A stretch of 64,000 nucleotides of DNA from Desulfuromonadaceae bacterium (GTDB lineage: Bacteria > Desulfobacterota > Desulfuromonadia > Desulfuromonadales > Desulfuromonadaceae): assembly GCA_049975505.1 (NCBI GenBank), contig JBNGCY010000001.1:41149-105148 (forward strand), given 5' to 3'. The notes below the pieces were generated by a model. That model made no database searches, was not told where the DNA came from, and worked only from the letters and a program-made list of their open reading frames with translations. Below are positions 10,588-20,840 of this stretch, piece by piece (position 1 is the first letter of the stretch; each line of letters starts with the position of its first letter). A program made the translations under genes and the position numbers.

Positions 10588-11835
10588 TTACTGCAAACGA
10601 TGTGCATAGAGGGGAAACTGCTTGCACAGTTCCTTGACCTCAGCGCGAATGGCAGCAAGTTCCTTATCGTTGTCGATATTGTCCAGGGCACGCCGAATCC
10701 AGCAGGCCACCTGCTTCATCTGCTCTTCTTTCAGTCCGCGTGTTGTGGTAGCCGGAGTACCAATACGGAACCCGCTGGTGACAAACGGGGATCGGGTGTC
10801 AAATGGCACGGCATTTTTGTTTACCGTAATTCCTGCATCTTCCAGCGCCTTTTCCGCCATCTTGCCGGTAATCTCAGAGCCGGTCAAATCGACCAGAACC
10901 AGATGGTTGTCGGTGCCGCCGGAAACCAGATTCAAGCCCTGCTCCTGCAGCCCTTCGGCCAGAGCGCGTGCGTTGCTTACCACCTGGCGCGCATATGCTT
11001 TGAAATCGTCCGCCTGGGCTTCGCGGAAAGCAACAGCCTTGGCAGCAATGGCATGCATAAGAGGACCACCCTGACTGCCGGGGAAAATCTTACTGTTGAT
11101 TTTCTTGGCAAATTCCTCCCGACACAGAATCATGCCTCCGCGCGGGCCGCGCAGGGTTTTGTGCGTGGTCGTGGTGACATATTCGGCATAGGGCACCGGA
11201 TTGGGATGAGCCTCGCCTGCTACCAGGCCGGCGATGTGGGCCATATCCACCATAAGCGGCGCCCCGACTTTATCGGCAATCTGACGAAATGCGGCGAAAT
11301 CGAGGGTACGAGGATATGCACTTGCGCCGACGACAATAAGTTTGGGTTTATGTTCAAGGGCAAGGGATTCCACTTCATCGTAGTCAATGTAACCGGTTTC
11401 TCTTTTTACCCCATAAGGCACTATATTATACAGTTGACCGGAGAAGTTGACCGGCGAACCATGGGTAAGGTGTCCTCCATGCGCCAGGTTCATCCCGAGC
11501 ACGGTGTCACCGGGTTGACAGGCGGAAAAATACACCGCCATATTGGCCTGAGATCCGGAGTGAGGCTGGACATTGGCGTGCTCAGCACCAAAGAGGCTCT
11601 TGGCGCGTTCAATGGCGAGATTTTCAGCCACATCGACAAACTCACATCCACCGTAGTAACGCTTACCCGGATAACCTTCAGCATATTTATTCGTGAGCAC
11701 GGAACCCTGCGCCTCCAGAACACATTCACTGACAAAGTTTTCCGAGGCGATAAATTCCAGGCTGTACTCCTGGCGTGCGGTTTCTTTCTGAATGGTATCG
11801 AAAATCTCAGGATCAAATTGAGCCAGAGTCTGCAT
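10588..11835 (-). CDS. glyA: serine hydroxymethyltransferase
   Basis: Full-length SHMT with the PLP-Lys motif [17 protein letters not shown] 11835 has a GGGAGA RBS. Confidence 0.95.
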   Translation of the reverse strand: MQTLAQFDPEIFDTIQKETARQEYSLEFIASENFVSECVLEAQGSVLTNKYAEGYPGKRYYGGCEFVDVAENLAIERAKSLFGAEHANVQPHSGSQANMAVYFSACQPGDTVLGMNLAHGGHLTHGSPVNFSGQLYNIVPYGVKRETGYIDYDEVESLALEHKPKLIVVGASAYPRTLDFAAFRQIADKVGAPLMVDMAHIAGLVAGEAHPNPVPYAEYVTTTTHKTLRGPRGGMILCREEFAKKINSKIFPGSQGGPLMHAIAAKAVAFREAQADDFKAYARQVVSNARALAEGLQEQGLNLVSGGTDNHLVLVDLTGSEITGKMAEKALEDAGITVNKNAVPFDTRSPFVTSGFRIGTPATTTRGLKEEQMKQVACWIRRALDNIDNDKELAAIRAEVKELCKQFPLYAHRLQ

Positions 11836-12003
11836 AGTATAAATCTCCCTCATTTAAGTGTGGAAACTGTTCAGGTGCAGGCACAGAAATAATTGAGGTG
11901 GCCAGCTACAGGGTGTAAAGCACAGGATAAAAATAGTTCAGGCGGACACAACCTGCCCGCCCGAGAAAACTTTCAGGTTAAGACCCGTATCTGCGGCAAC
12001 GGG

Positions 12004-12450
12004 TTATTCCCGACATTCCAGAGTATGAATCTTATCGAGACGGTTCTGATGCCGGCCTCCTTCATAGGAGGAAAATAACCATATCTGCACCATTTTACAT
12101 GCCAGTTCCGGGTCAAGTACGCGTCCTCCGAGAACCAGAATGTTGGCATTATTATGCTCGCGCGCCATCCGCGCGGTAAACTCATCGTGCACCAGCGCCG
12201 CGCGTACTCCGGGAAACTTGTTGGCCGCAATGGCCATTCCGATACCGGTGCCACAGATAAGTATTCCTTGCGCCTTTGGTTCAGAAGCGACTTTCTCAGC
12301 CACCATACCTGCATAATCAGGATAGTCGACCGAGTCGCACGAATCAACTCCGAGGTCGGTAAAAGCTATATCCCGGGCTTTAAGGCACTCAGTGACGGTT
12401 TGTTTAAGGTTGAACCCGCCATGATCACTCGCTATATACAGCATGGTCAT
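12004..12450 (-). CDS. rpiB: ribose-5-phosphate isomerase B
   Basis: 148 aa. IASDHGGFNLK and CGTGIGMAIAANK motifs of the RpiB/LacA family. Confidence 0.9.
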   Translation of the reverse strand: MTMLYIASDHGGFNLKQTVTECLKARDIAFTDLGVDSCDSVDYPDYAGMVAEKVASEPKAQGILICGTGIGMAIAANKFPGVRAALVHDEFTARMAREHNNANILVLGGRVLDPELACKMVQIWLFSSYEGGRHQNRLDKIHTLECRE

Positions 12451-12453
12451 TCC

Positions 12454-13686
12454 TTATATCTTACGGAACAGAAGAGTGGCGTTGGTACCACCGAATCCCA
12501 GAGAATTACTCATGGCTACATCCACTTTAGCATCGCGGGCCGTATTGGGGACATAGTCCAGCGTGCACTCTTCAGACGGGTTGTGGAGATTGATAGTGGG
12601 TGGAACCACATTGTTCTGCATTGCGAGCAGACAGTAAACCGCTTCCAGAGCCCCGGCAGCGCCAAGTCCATGCCCGGTCATGCTTTTGGTTGAACTTACC
12701 ATGAGTTTATCCGCATGTGCACCAAAAGTGGACTTGATCGCAAGGGATTCATACAGATCATTGAATGGGGTCGACGTGCCATGGGCGTTGATATAGTCGA
12801 CATCCTCCGGATTCACACCGCTATTGTTGAGCGCCATGCGCATACAGCGCGCGGCCCCTTCACCTCCCGGTGCCGGAGCGGTAAGATGATATGCATCGGC
12901 AGTCAGGCCGTAGCCAACCAGTTCACCATAGATCTTCGCACCACGTTTCTTCGCGGATTCATATTCCTCCAGGATTACCATTCCTGCACCCTCGGCCATG
13001 ATAAAACCATCGCGATCGGCATCAAAAGGCCTGCTTGCCGCCTGCGGATCATCATTGCGGGTCGAAAGGGCTTTCATAACACAGAAACCGGAAACCCCGA
13101 GCGGGGTAATGGTGGACTCAGTTCCCCCGGCGATCATAGCATCGGCGTCACCACGCTTGATCATGTGGTACGCGTCCCCGATAGAGTGGGTTCCGGTGGC
13201 ACAGGCGGATACTGAGGATACGTTTGGACCCTTGGCACCATAGCGGATGGAAATATGTCCGGGCGCAAGATTGATGATCAGCATGGGGATAAAGAACGGT
13301 GTGATGCGTTTGTAGCCGCTCTTCTGGTAAACCTCGTGGTATTTTTCAATAGCTGGAAGTCCACCCAGACCGGAGCCGACAAGAACCCCGACACGTTCGG
13401 CATTCTCGGCGGTAATCGTCAGACCAGAATCCTCCATCGCCATATCAGAGGCAGCCAGAGCGTACTGGATAAAGAGATCCATTTTTTTGATCTCTTTTTT
13501 TTCGATAAAATCTGTAGGCTCAAATTCCTTCACTTCACCGGCTATACGTGAAGGAAGATCCGAAGCATCAAAGCGTGTGATATGGTCAATTCCGGAACGG
13601 CCTTCCGTCAGACTTTTCCAGTTTTTATCCACTCCGGTGCCCAGGGAGGATACAACACCTACGCCAGTAACAACTACTCTACGCAT
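12454..13686 (-). CDS. fabF: 3-oxoacyl-ACP synthase II
   Basis: 410 aa. Active-site ACATG, HGTSTP and GFGGTNA motifs. Confidence 0.95.
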   Translation of the reverse strand: MRRVVVTGVGVVSSLGTGVDKNWKSLTEGRSGIDHITRFDASDLPSRIAGEVKEFEPTDFIEKKEIKKMDLFIQYALAASDMAMEDSGLTITAENAERVGVLVGSGLGGLPAIEKYHEVYQKSGYKRITPFFIPMLIINLAPGHISIRYGAKGPNVSSVSACATGTHSIGDAYHMIKRGDADAMIAGGTESTITPLGVSGFCVMKALSTRNDDPQAASRPFDADRDGFIMAEGAGMVILEEYESAKKRGAKIYGELVGYGLTADAYHLTAPAPGGEGAARCMRMALNNSGVNPEDVDYINAHGTSTPFNDLYESLAIKSTFGAHADKLMVSSTKSMTGHGLGAAGALEAVYCLLAMQNNVVPPTINLHNPSEECTLDYVPNTARDAKVDVAMSNSLGFGGTNATLLFRKI

Positions 13687-13811
13687 GTTCTGTCCTTATC
13701 AGTAAACTTGATTGTCTTTGCTGCAAAAGTATCCGGTGGCTTGATGTTTTATATCAGACGGTTGCTGATCTCTGGTCGAGTAACTAATAATCTGCTATCT
13801 GTTGTACATAC

Positions 13812-13848
13812 AAGCCTGCCCGCAAACGCTGGATATGCGGGCAGGCTT
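13812..13848 (-). other. 13-bp-stem hairpin in the acpP-fabF spacer (possible attenuator or mRNA-stabilising structure)
   Basis: AAGCCTGCCCGCA / TGCGGGCAGGCTT perfect stem with an 11-nt loop, directly downstream of the acpP stop. No clear U-tract follows on the minus strand. Confidence 0.5.
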
Positions 13849-13860
13849 TCCATGCATTTA

Positions 13861-14100
13861 TCAGGACTCAGTGTTGCTGCTCACATATTCAACTGCGTCT
13901 TTTACCTTCTGGATCTTCTCTGCATCTTCATCCGAGATCTCGATTTCAAATTCCTCTTCGAGAGCCATGACCAGTTCAACAGTATCCAGAGAGTCGGCAC
14001 CAAGGTCATCCATAAAGGATGCTTCCATAGTTACCTGTTCTTCTTCCACGCCCAACTGCTCAGCGACAATTTTCTGTACCCGTTCTTCAATTGAAGCCAT
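13861..14100 (-). CDS. acpP: acyl carrier protein
   Basis: 79 aa. [12 protein letters not shown] phosphopantetheine-attachment motif. Confidence 0.97.
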   Translation of the reverse strand: MASIEERVQKIVAEQLGVEEEQVTMEASFMDDLGADSLDTVELVMALEEEFEIEISDEDAEKIQKVKDAVEYVSSNTES

Positions 14101-14214
14101 TACTAATTTCCTCCGTAGTGTGAGTTAACAGCCCGAGGCTGTACTGTTGTGCCCTTTATATCCCCAAAAGGGATGGTGTAGCATTATCAACTGACCCGAC
14201 CAGGATCCGTAAAA

Positions 14215-14952
14215 CTACATGTGCATACCACCATTAACCGAAAGCTCATGCCCGGTAATATACCCGGCTTCTTCAGATGCCAGAAAAGCTACTGCAGCCG
14301 CTACATCCTCCGGCTTGCCGAATACCCCCAGAGGTATCTGCGCCAGCATACTCTCGCGCACCTTGTCAGAAAGTTCTGCGGTCATATCCGTTTCTATAAA
14401 TCCCGGTGCCACTGCATTAACCGTAACATTGCGCTTTCCGAGTTCAAGAGCGTTTGAGCGGGTCATGCCCACCAGACCAGCCTTGCTGGCACAGTAATTG
14501 GCCTGTCCCGGATTACCCCTCTGACCTACTACCGAAGTAATATTTACAATGCGCCCGTAGCGCTGCCTGGTCATTATTTTTGCAACTGCCCGGGTACACA
14601 GGAATGCACCTTTGAGGTTTATGTTCAACACCTCATCCCAGTGCTCATCCTTCAGACGCGGCAAGAGGGCATCCCGCGTAATTCCGGCATTATTCACCAA
14701 AATATCCACTCTTCCAAACGCATCCATTGCGGTTTTCAACATGGTATCGACGTCAGAAGTTAAAGATACATCAGCGGCCACCGAAAGCGCCTGCCCACCA
14801 TTAGTGTGAATCTGCTTGACCAGATCCCGGGTATCATCAGCTTTCCGGCTCACCGCTACAATGGTTGCGCCGCGCGCAGCCATGTAATCAGCCACACTCC
14901 GTCCGATACCCCGTGAAGCTCCGGTAACTATGGCAACTCTGTCTTTAAACAT
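14215..14952 (-). CDS. fabG: 3-oxoacyl-ACP reductase
   Basis: SDR motifs TGASRGIG, NNAG and YCASKAG. ATG 14952 (MFKDRVAIV) has a GGTGGAGA RBS. Confidence 0.93.
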   Translation of the reverse strand: MFKDRVAIVTGASRGIGRSVADYMAARGATIVAVSRKADDTRDLVKQIHTNGGQALSVAADVSLTSDVDTMLKTAMDAFGRVDILVNNAGITRDALLPRLKDEHWDEVLNINLKGAFLCTRAVAKIMTRQRYGRIVNITSVVGQRGNPGQANYCASKAGLVGMTRSNALELGKRNVTVNAVAPGFIETDMTAELSDKVRESMLAQIPLGVFGKPEDVAAAVAFLASEEAGYITGHELSVNGGMHM

Positions 14953-14993
14953 ACTTTTCTCCACCTGTGCTGGTTCTAGCACTCCAGGACAAA

Positions 14994-15911
14994 CTACACA
15001 AGTGCTTTTAGTGATTTGATATCTTCAATATTGGTGCTGGGCATTTTCCGATCAATGCGCTTGATCAGTCCGGAAAGGACCTTGCCCGGCCCCACCTCAA
15101 CAAAGCGCTCAATGCCCTGTGAAACCATAAATCGAACGGAATCGTCCCAACGCACCGGTGCACTTACCTGACGCACAAGCAGATCCAGGGTTTTACTTTC
15201 ATCCGTGTAGGCTTCAGCCTCAACATTTGAAACCACCGGCGTGCCTAACGACTGGATGCGGATAGCCTCGAGTTCGCGTTGCAGACGCTCTCCAGCTGGC
15301 AGCATCAGAGGACAATGAAACGGCGCACTCACCGGCAGACGCATGGCCCGCTTCGCACCTTGCTCGGCAGCAGATTTAATCACACGTTCCACCGCAGCGG
15401 TATGCCCGGCGATTACAATCTGCCCCGGAGCGTTAAAGTTGGCCGGTGTAACCACTTCGCCCCGGGCCACCTCATTACAGATGCTTTGAAGTTTTTCCGC
15501 TTCAATTCCGAGGATAGCTGCCATGGCTCCCTCGCCATCAGGAACAGCCTCCTGCATAAAGGTGCCACGCTGACGCACAATCCGCACGGCATCAGCGAAA
15601 TCCAGAGCGCCGGAAGCAACTAGGGCACTGTACTCACCAAGGGAGTGGCCCGCAAGCAAGTGTGCTTTCAGGTCAGTTTCCTCCTCCAGCACCTTCAGAG
15701 CAGCAATACTGGTAGTAAGTATCGCTGGCTGGGTATTGGCTGTAAGACGCAGCTGCTCATCGGGGCCTTCATGGCACATCCTGCTCAGGTACTCTCCCAG
15801 GGCGTCATCCGCCTGTTCAAAAACCTCACGTGCCTGTTTGAATTCAGCACACAGTTCTTTACCCATCCCGGCATACTGAGACCCCTGCCCGGGGAATACA
15901 AAAGCTAGCAT
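14994..15911 (-). CDS. fabD: malonyl-CoA:ACP transacylase
   Basis: FPGQGSQ and GHSLGEYSAL motifs. 305 aa. Confidence 0.93.
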   Translation of the reverse strand: MLAFVFPGQGSQYAGMGKELCAEFKQAREVFEQADDALGEYLSRMCHEGPDEQLRLTANTQPAILTTSIAALKVLEEETDLKAHLLAGHSLGEYSALVASGALDFADAVRIVRQRGTFMQEAVPDGEGAMAAILGIEAEKLQSICNEVARGEVVTPANFNAPGQIVIAGHTAAVERVIKSAAEQGAKRAMRLPVSAPFHCPLMLPAGERLQRELEAIRIQSLGTPVVSNVEAEAYTDESKTLDLLVRQVSAPVRWDDSVRFMVSQGIERFVEVGPGKVLSGLIKRIDRKMPSTNIEDIKSLKALV

Positions 15912-15967
15912 TGTAACATCCGTTGTAATAATTCAGCTAAACGAGTCAAATATAGAGGAATACATGT

Positions 15968-16954
15968 TTACCAGCGCAGCAGGGATGCACCCCAGGTGAA
16001 CCCCCCGCCGAAGGCGTCCAGAAGGATGTAATCACCCTCTTTTAACAATCCTTTGTGATTGGCTTCATCCAAAGCCAGAGGAATGGATGCCCCGGAAGTG
16101 TTGCCGCACCGATCAACATTGACATACATCTGTCCGTCGCTCAAATTCAGGCGCCTGGATACTGCATCCAGGATGCGGCGATTGGCCTGATGGGGGAACA
16201 GTTTCGCAATCCTGGTGACATCCACGTCGTTAGCGCGAAGGGCTTCTTCAGCCACCTCGTACATGGAACGTACCGCCATCTTGAAAACCTCGTTTCCCGC
16301 CATTTTCAGAAAAGGGAGACGCTCCTCTATTCCTGCAATGCTGGCCGGATGGCGTGACCCGAAACCGGGCTGATACAGAAGCTCCCACTGGGAACCGTCC
16401 GCGTGCAGATGGGTTGAAAGGATGCCGTTCTCACCCTTCTGCCCCTCGAGAACTACAGCCCCGGCCCCATCGCCGAAGAGGATGCAGGTATTGCGATCCT
16501 CCCAGTCGATAATGCGACTCAGAATCTCGGCACCGATAACCAGGGCACGCTTGCAGGTTCCGGTTTCAATGAACTTTGCGGCACTGGACAGGGCATAAAC
16601 AAAGCCGCTGCACGCTGCAGACACATCCCAGGCAGAGGCATTTCGGGCTCCGATTTTATCCTGAACCAGACAGGCGGTGGAAGGCCAGGGAAAATCTCCG
16701 GTTATAGTGGCGACAACCACCATATCGATCTGATCCGCGGAAACACCTGCCATTTCCATGGCCCGCTGAGCCGCATTGACAGCCAGGTCAGAGGTCTGTT
16801 CATCATCTGCGGCAATGTGCCGTTCATGGATCCCGGTGCGGGCTGAGATCCACTCATTGTTGGTATCAACCATCTGCTCAAGGTCGAAATTGGTCAGAAT
16901 GCGCTCGGGAAGGTAAGAACCTGTGCCGATGATGCGTGCTTTAATGTGCGCCAC
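15968..16954 (-). CDS. fabH: 3-oxoacyl-ACP synthase III
   Basis: AACSGF active-site Cys, HQAN and GNTSGAS motifs. 328 aa. Confidence 0.93.
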   Translation of the reverse strand: MAHIKARIIGTGSYLPERILTNFDLEQMVDTNNEWISARTGIHERHIAADDEQTSDLAVNAAQRAMEMAGVSADQIDMVVVATITGDFPWPSTACLVQDKIGARNASAWDVSAACSGFVYALSSAAKFIETGTCKRALVIGAEILSRIIDWEDRNTCILFGDGAGAVVLEGQKGENGILSTHLHADGSQWELLYQPGFGSRHPASIAGIEERLPFLKMAGNEVFKMAVRSMYEVAEEALRANDVDVTRIAKLFPHQANRRILDAVSRRLNLSDGQMYVNVDRCGNTSGASIPLALDEANHKGLLKEGDYILLDAFGGGFTWGASLLRW

Positions 16955-17013
16955 TTGTAGAGTTCTCCACTATTTCGGATAATAATGATGCATACTGGCA
17001 GACAAATTTGTGT

Positions 17014-18087
17014 CTAGCCTGCCTGAGCTATATCCCGGGATTCTTTCCCGGCCCCGGCGGCGGGTCCTGATGGCTCTGATCGTTCTCCCAATCGATCCAA
17101 CTGGTTTACCAGGTCATCATTTACCGAGGTTAAAATACTTTCGGCTGCCTGACGGATAGCCGTGGCTATGGATTTGGCACTGGAACTGCCGTGACAGATA
17201 ATACAGGTGCCGCGAATCCCCAACAGAGGTGCGCCACCGTATTCTTCGCAATCGATTTTCTGCTTGAATGCCTTGAATGCCGGACGCGCCAGGAGCGCAC
17301 CAATTCTGGCCCAAAAGCGGGACTGAAGCTCTTCGCGCAACATGGATGCAATACTGCTCGCGAGCCCTTCAGAGGTCTTAAGCACAATATTGCCTACAAA
17401 ACCATCACACACGACCACATCCAGGGTACCACTGTAGATGTCCCGTCCTTCCACATAGCCGAGATAGTTGAGATCCTGCTGTTTCAGGAGAGCGTGGGTG
17501 CTACGGGTGAGGTCGTTGCCCTTTTTCTCCTCGGCACCGTTGGACAAAAGTCCTATACGCGGCGAGGCAATGCCCATAACATTACGCGCATACACATCGC
17601 CCATAATCGCAAACTGCTGAAGATGTGAGGGGCGACAATCGACATTGCCGCCTACATCGAGGATCAGAACTTCGCCGTTGCGCGCTGGCATAATTGTAGC
17701 GATTGCAGGGCGTTCTATACCTGCAATCCGTTTCATGACAAACATGCCGGCAGCCATGGTAGCCCCTGAATTACCCGCACTCACGACCGCCTGGGCCCTG
17801 TTGTCCTTAACAAGATCAAAAGCGACTCTGATTGATGAGTCCTTTTTTTTGCGCACCGCATCGGATGCGGAATCATGCATAGTGACCACCTGGCTGGTGT
17901 GCTTCACCTCCAGTTCGATCCCGTCGGTTGCATGGCGTTGCAGTTCCTGCTCAATGCGTTCCGCATCCCCTACAAGGATCACATTGATCCCGGGGGTGCG
18001 GGCGGCAAGAACCGCACCTTCCACTTCAGCTGCGGGGGAATTATCTCCCCCCATGGCGTCAACTGCTATAGTTACTGAATCCATCAA
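17014..18087 (-). CDS. plsX: phosphate acyltransferase PlsX
   Basis: [13 protein letters not shown]-terminus. Conserved position between rpmF and fabH. Confidence 0.93.
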   Translation of the reverse strand: MMDSVTIAVDAMGGDNSPAAEVEGAVLAARTPGINVILVGDAERIEQELQRHATDGIELEVKHTSQVVTMHDSASDAVRKKKDSSIRVAFDLVKDNRAQAVVSAGNSGATMAAGMFVMKRIAGIERPAIATIMPARNGEVLILDVGGNVDCRPSHLQQFAIMGDVYARNVMGIASPRIGLLSNGAEEKKGNDLTRSTHALLKQQDLNYLGYVEGRDIYSGTLDVVVCDGFVGNIVLKTSEGLASSIASMLREELQSRFWARIGALLARPAFKAFKQKIDCEEYGGAPLLGIRGTCIICHGSSSAKSIATAIRQAAESILTSVNDDLVNQLDRLGERSEPSGPAAGAGKESRDIAQAG

Positions 18088-18107
18088 AACGCTTAAACCG
18101 TCTTATT

Positions 18108-18287
18108 TCAGACAGTTGTATCCAAAACTTCACGATCTTTATAATATCCGCAAGTGCCACAAACCCGGTGGGATTGTTTGGGCTCATCACACTGAGGACA
18201 TACTGACATGCCGGGAGCAGTCAGATGGTCGTGAGAACGTCGCATATCACGTTTAGATTTTGAGGTTTTCTTTTTAGGTACCGCCAT
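18108..18287 (-). CDS. rpmF: 50S ribosomal protein L32
   Basis: 59-aa ORF below the ORF-track cutoff, translated by hand: [59 protein letters not shown]. It has a basic N-terminus and two Cys pairs. Confidence 0.9.
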   Translation of the reverse strand: MAVPKKKTSKSKRDMRRSHDHLTAPGMSVCPQCDEPKQSHRVCGTCGYYKDREVLDTTV

Positions 18288-18403
18288 GTTCCTTACTCCT
18301 TAAAATATAATCTTGACTAAAAACAGTTTGACTGCACAAAAACTTATGCAGTCAAATTTCGAACAACCGTGAAACAAACGCGTAAAAATAACCCATCCAC
18401 TGG

Positions 18404-18958
18404 TTATTTTTCAACCTTAAAATCCCGCAAAGCCGCAAAATGCATACTGATGTTGTTATCCGCACATCTGCATGTTTCAATGTTGAGGTTCGCACCACAC
18501 ACCGAACACAGGCCCTTGCATTTTTCCGAACACAGGGGGCGTGGAGGAAGAGCGAGGACAATCTGCTGCTGGATCTCATCCTGCAAATCAATAATTTCCC
18601 CGTCAAAAAGTTCCAGCCCCATCTGTTCCGCGCTGAGTTCGACCTCTCCGCCGTCCTCATCGACAACCTGGGGCAACTGCTCGACATAATCCTGGTGAAA
18701 CTCCACCCTGATATCCAGCTGATGTTCCTCCAGACAACGCGAACACTGCATCTGTACCACTGTTTCGGCACTTCCGTCCACGGAAACAATCTGTGCCATT
18801 TTATGCATCTGCGCATGACATTTAACCGCAGACAGCTCCATGATAATGCCGTCTTTTTTCAGTTGCGCGAGCACCGGAAGATCATCCGGAGTATAAACAC
18901 ACTCCAGTTCCAACCCCTGTGCCCCTATTTCATCAACATGAACTTGCATTACCCGCAT
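18404..18958 (-). CDS. yceD: YceD/DUF177 family protein (ribosome-associated, co-transcribed with rpmF)
   Basis: CSRCLEE ... CKGLCSVCGANLN Cys motifs and the conserved position upstream of rpmF. The start is uncertain (ATG 18958 or 18949, or TTG 19000). Confidence 0.8.
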   Translation of the reverse strand: MRVMQVHVDEIGAQGLELECVYTPDDLPVLAQLKKDGIIMELSAVKCHAQMHKMAQIVSVDGSAETVVQMQCSRCLEEHQLDIRVEFHQDYVEQLPQVVDEDGGEVELSAEQMGLELFDGEIIDLQDEIQQQIVLALPPRPLCSEKCKGLCSVCGANLNIETCRCADNNISMHFAALRDFKVEK

Positions 18959-19026
18959 ACCGTAATTAGGATGAGAAGAATATCCGAACCCGCAAAGCAA
19001 GCAGGATAATTAAAAATAAGGCCGAC

Positions 19027-19054
19027 AGTATAGGTGCTGTTCGGACATTGTCAA
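19027..19054 (-). promoter_or_regulatory. sigma70-like promoter for the yceD-rpmF-plsX-fab operon
   Basis: On the minus strand, TTGACA (19054-19049), a 16-nt spacer and TATACT (19032-19027), about 30-70 nt upstream of the candidate yceD starts. Confidence 0.45.
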
Positions 19055-19566
19055 GGGCGAAATCCTCCCTCGTGTACTTCATGTCACCACTCCGCTCCCG
19101 TCGGGCTTAATTCCGGCAGGCAACCGGTGACCTCTTTCACACAACACCCTTGGTAACAGCAGGGGAAGATGAGGTATAATCGAGAAGTTACCCCTGGATT
19201 TAATATGAGCATCCGGATTACAGGCAAAAACAACCCTCGATCAGTACCACATATCTGGTACTAAGAGCACATCCAAATCACCCGGGAATAGATAAATAAG
19301 CTTGACAACTAAAAACTGCAGCCATTTCAACGAAATAACTTCACCGCCCACAGCGCCTGTTGATAAGGTGTGGAAAAGGCTGTGAAAGGCTGGCATCATG
19401 CAGCAATAAAAACAACTTTCTCCATTTTGCCTATTTTTTAGGCATATATTTTTATCTAATAATTACTGGTGTTTACATTCACAAAATCATCGACTACTGA
19501 AGATTTATCCGCTTATCATGCAGTTAACCCGAGTATCACATCCATCAGACACACGGAGTAACAGAT

Positions 19567-19959
19567 ATGTTAATAACATTGCTCATAATCTTTATTATTG
19601 TTCCTGTTCTTGAGATATATGTACTTATTTCGGCAGGCAGGATTATCGGGGTCTGGCCAACTATCGGGCTCATAATTCTTACAGGTATAGCTGGGGCATA
19701 TCTGCTGCGCACCCAGGGAGCAGATGTGATAAATCGGATACATACCGCCCTGAACCGCGGCGAGCTGCCTGCTGACGACCTTATAGATGGTGCCATGATT
19801 TTCTGCGGCGGGATCACTCTGCTTACCCCGGGATTCTGTACCGATATTCTGGGGTTCTGTCTTCTTCTGCCCCTGACCCGTCCCTGGCTGAAACGCTGGC
19901 TGAAGCAATATTTCAATCGCAGGGTTGAAAGCGGTAATATCCGCATATACAGAGGCTGA
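19567..19959 (+). CDS. fxsA: FxsA family membrane protein
   Basis: 130 aa. The N-terminus PVLEIYVLISAGRIIGVWPTIGLIILTGIAGAYLLRTQG is typical of FxsA/UPF0716. Confidence 0.8.
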   Translation: MLITLLIIFIIVPVLEIYVLISAGRIIGVWPTIGLIILTGIAGAYLLRTQGADVINRIHTALNRGELPADDLIDGAMIFCGGITLLTPGFCTDILGFCLLLPLTRPWLKRWLKQYFNRRVESGNIRIYRG

Positions 19960-19990
19960 GACAACATCAGGTGCAGAACGTTGCACCTTA

Positions 19991-20623
19991 TTATTCAGGG
20001 CGCTTGCCCCAGACCAGAAACACCGGATATCCTGTCTCCCCCTGTAGACGCTGTTTAACAATGGTATGGGCGAGAACGGAATCTGTATGCCCAAGACCAA
20101 GACGCTCAAGGGTCTGTTGCAACGCTTCACTCCGGATCCCGGACTGGATAACTCCTTCAGGTTTGTCGTGAAAAGTTCCGTCATCGTTCTCCAAGTCAGC
20201 GAGAGCGAGGATTCCTCCGGGGCGCAGAGCTGCTATGAGATGTTCCAGGATCGGCTCTATCTGCGGAAGATGATGTAGCACCATACTGCTGTATATCAGG
20301 TCAAATTCACCTCGACCCAGCAGAACCAGATCATCGCCTACAAGTCTGGTACGCACCTCCCGCGCTCCGAGGTCGGCGGCTTTTTTTTCCACCACTTCGA
20401 GCATCTCAACAGCACGATCGACTGCAACCACCTCTTCCAGCGCATCAATCAGATTGAAGGTCACCATCCCGGTGCCACACCCGAACTCCATGGCACGGCA
20501 TCCGGGCGGTATGCCAACATGGGTACGTATCGCATCCGCCACGGCGGCTGCAAGCTTTACCCGCCGCGGTTTTTCATCCCAGGTAGCGGCAACAGCATTG
20601 AAATCTTTGACTCTGGTTTCCAT
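19991..20623 (-). CDS. class I SAM-dependent methyltransferase
   Basis: 210 aa from ATG 20623 (AAGGA RBS). SAM-binding motif AMEFGCGTGMVT. The track ORF reaches 20758 only by reading through the upstream repeat. Confidence 0.8.
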   Translation of the reverse strand: METRVKDFNAVAATWDEKPRRVKLAAAVADAIRTHVGIPPGCRAMEFGCGTGMVTFNLIDALEEVVAVDRAVEMLEVVEKKAADLGAREVRTRLVGDDLVLLGRGEFDLIYSSMVLHHLPQIEPILEHLIAALRPGGILALADLENDDGTFHDKPEGVIQSGIRSEALQQTLERLGLGHTDSVLAHTIVKQRLQGETGYPVFLVWGKRPE

Positions 20624-20646
20624 GTTCCATGTCCTTTTTTTTGAAA

Positions 20647-20791
20647 ATAACAGTTCAGTAAGGGCTTGTGCCACCCATTCCAAGGGACACTTTGCGCCGT
20701 CCATGGCCGTTCGACTGTCGCCGTCCGTGGCGACAGACGCCCTTTCCATGGGTACCACAAGCCCTCACCGGTAGCGGTAGTGAAGAGTTAC
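20647..20791 (-). mobile_element. MITE-like repeat, copy 2 (145-bp short form)
   Basis: Same core as copy 1. Perfect 8-bp direct repeat TTTTGAAA at 20639-20646 and 20792-20799. Confidence 0.85.
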
Positions 20792-20840
20792 TTTTGAAAT
20801 TTGTAAGTATTGGCGCTGGATATTGTAAAGTCCCTCGTTC

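Noticed and set aside
10600-11892. 430-aa plus-strand ORF spanning the whole of glyA
   Set aside because: It is antisense to SHMT with no family motifs. Long open antisense frames are expected from the codon usage of highly expressed genes.
19021-19260. A possible riboswitch (c-di-GMP GEMM, cobalamin) or 6S/SRP/RNase P RNA in the yceD-fxsA gap
   Set aside because: I could not find any of the conserved cores I remember for these families on either strand. It is kept only as a low-confidence sRNA or leader candidate in the findings.
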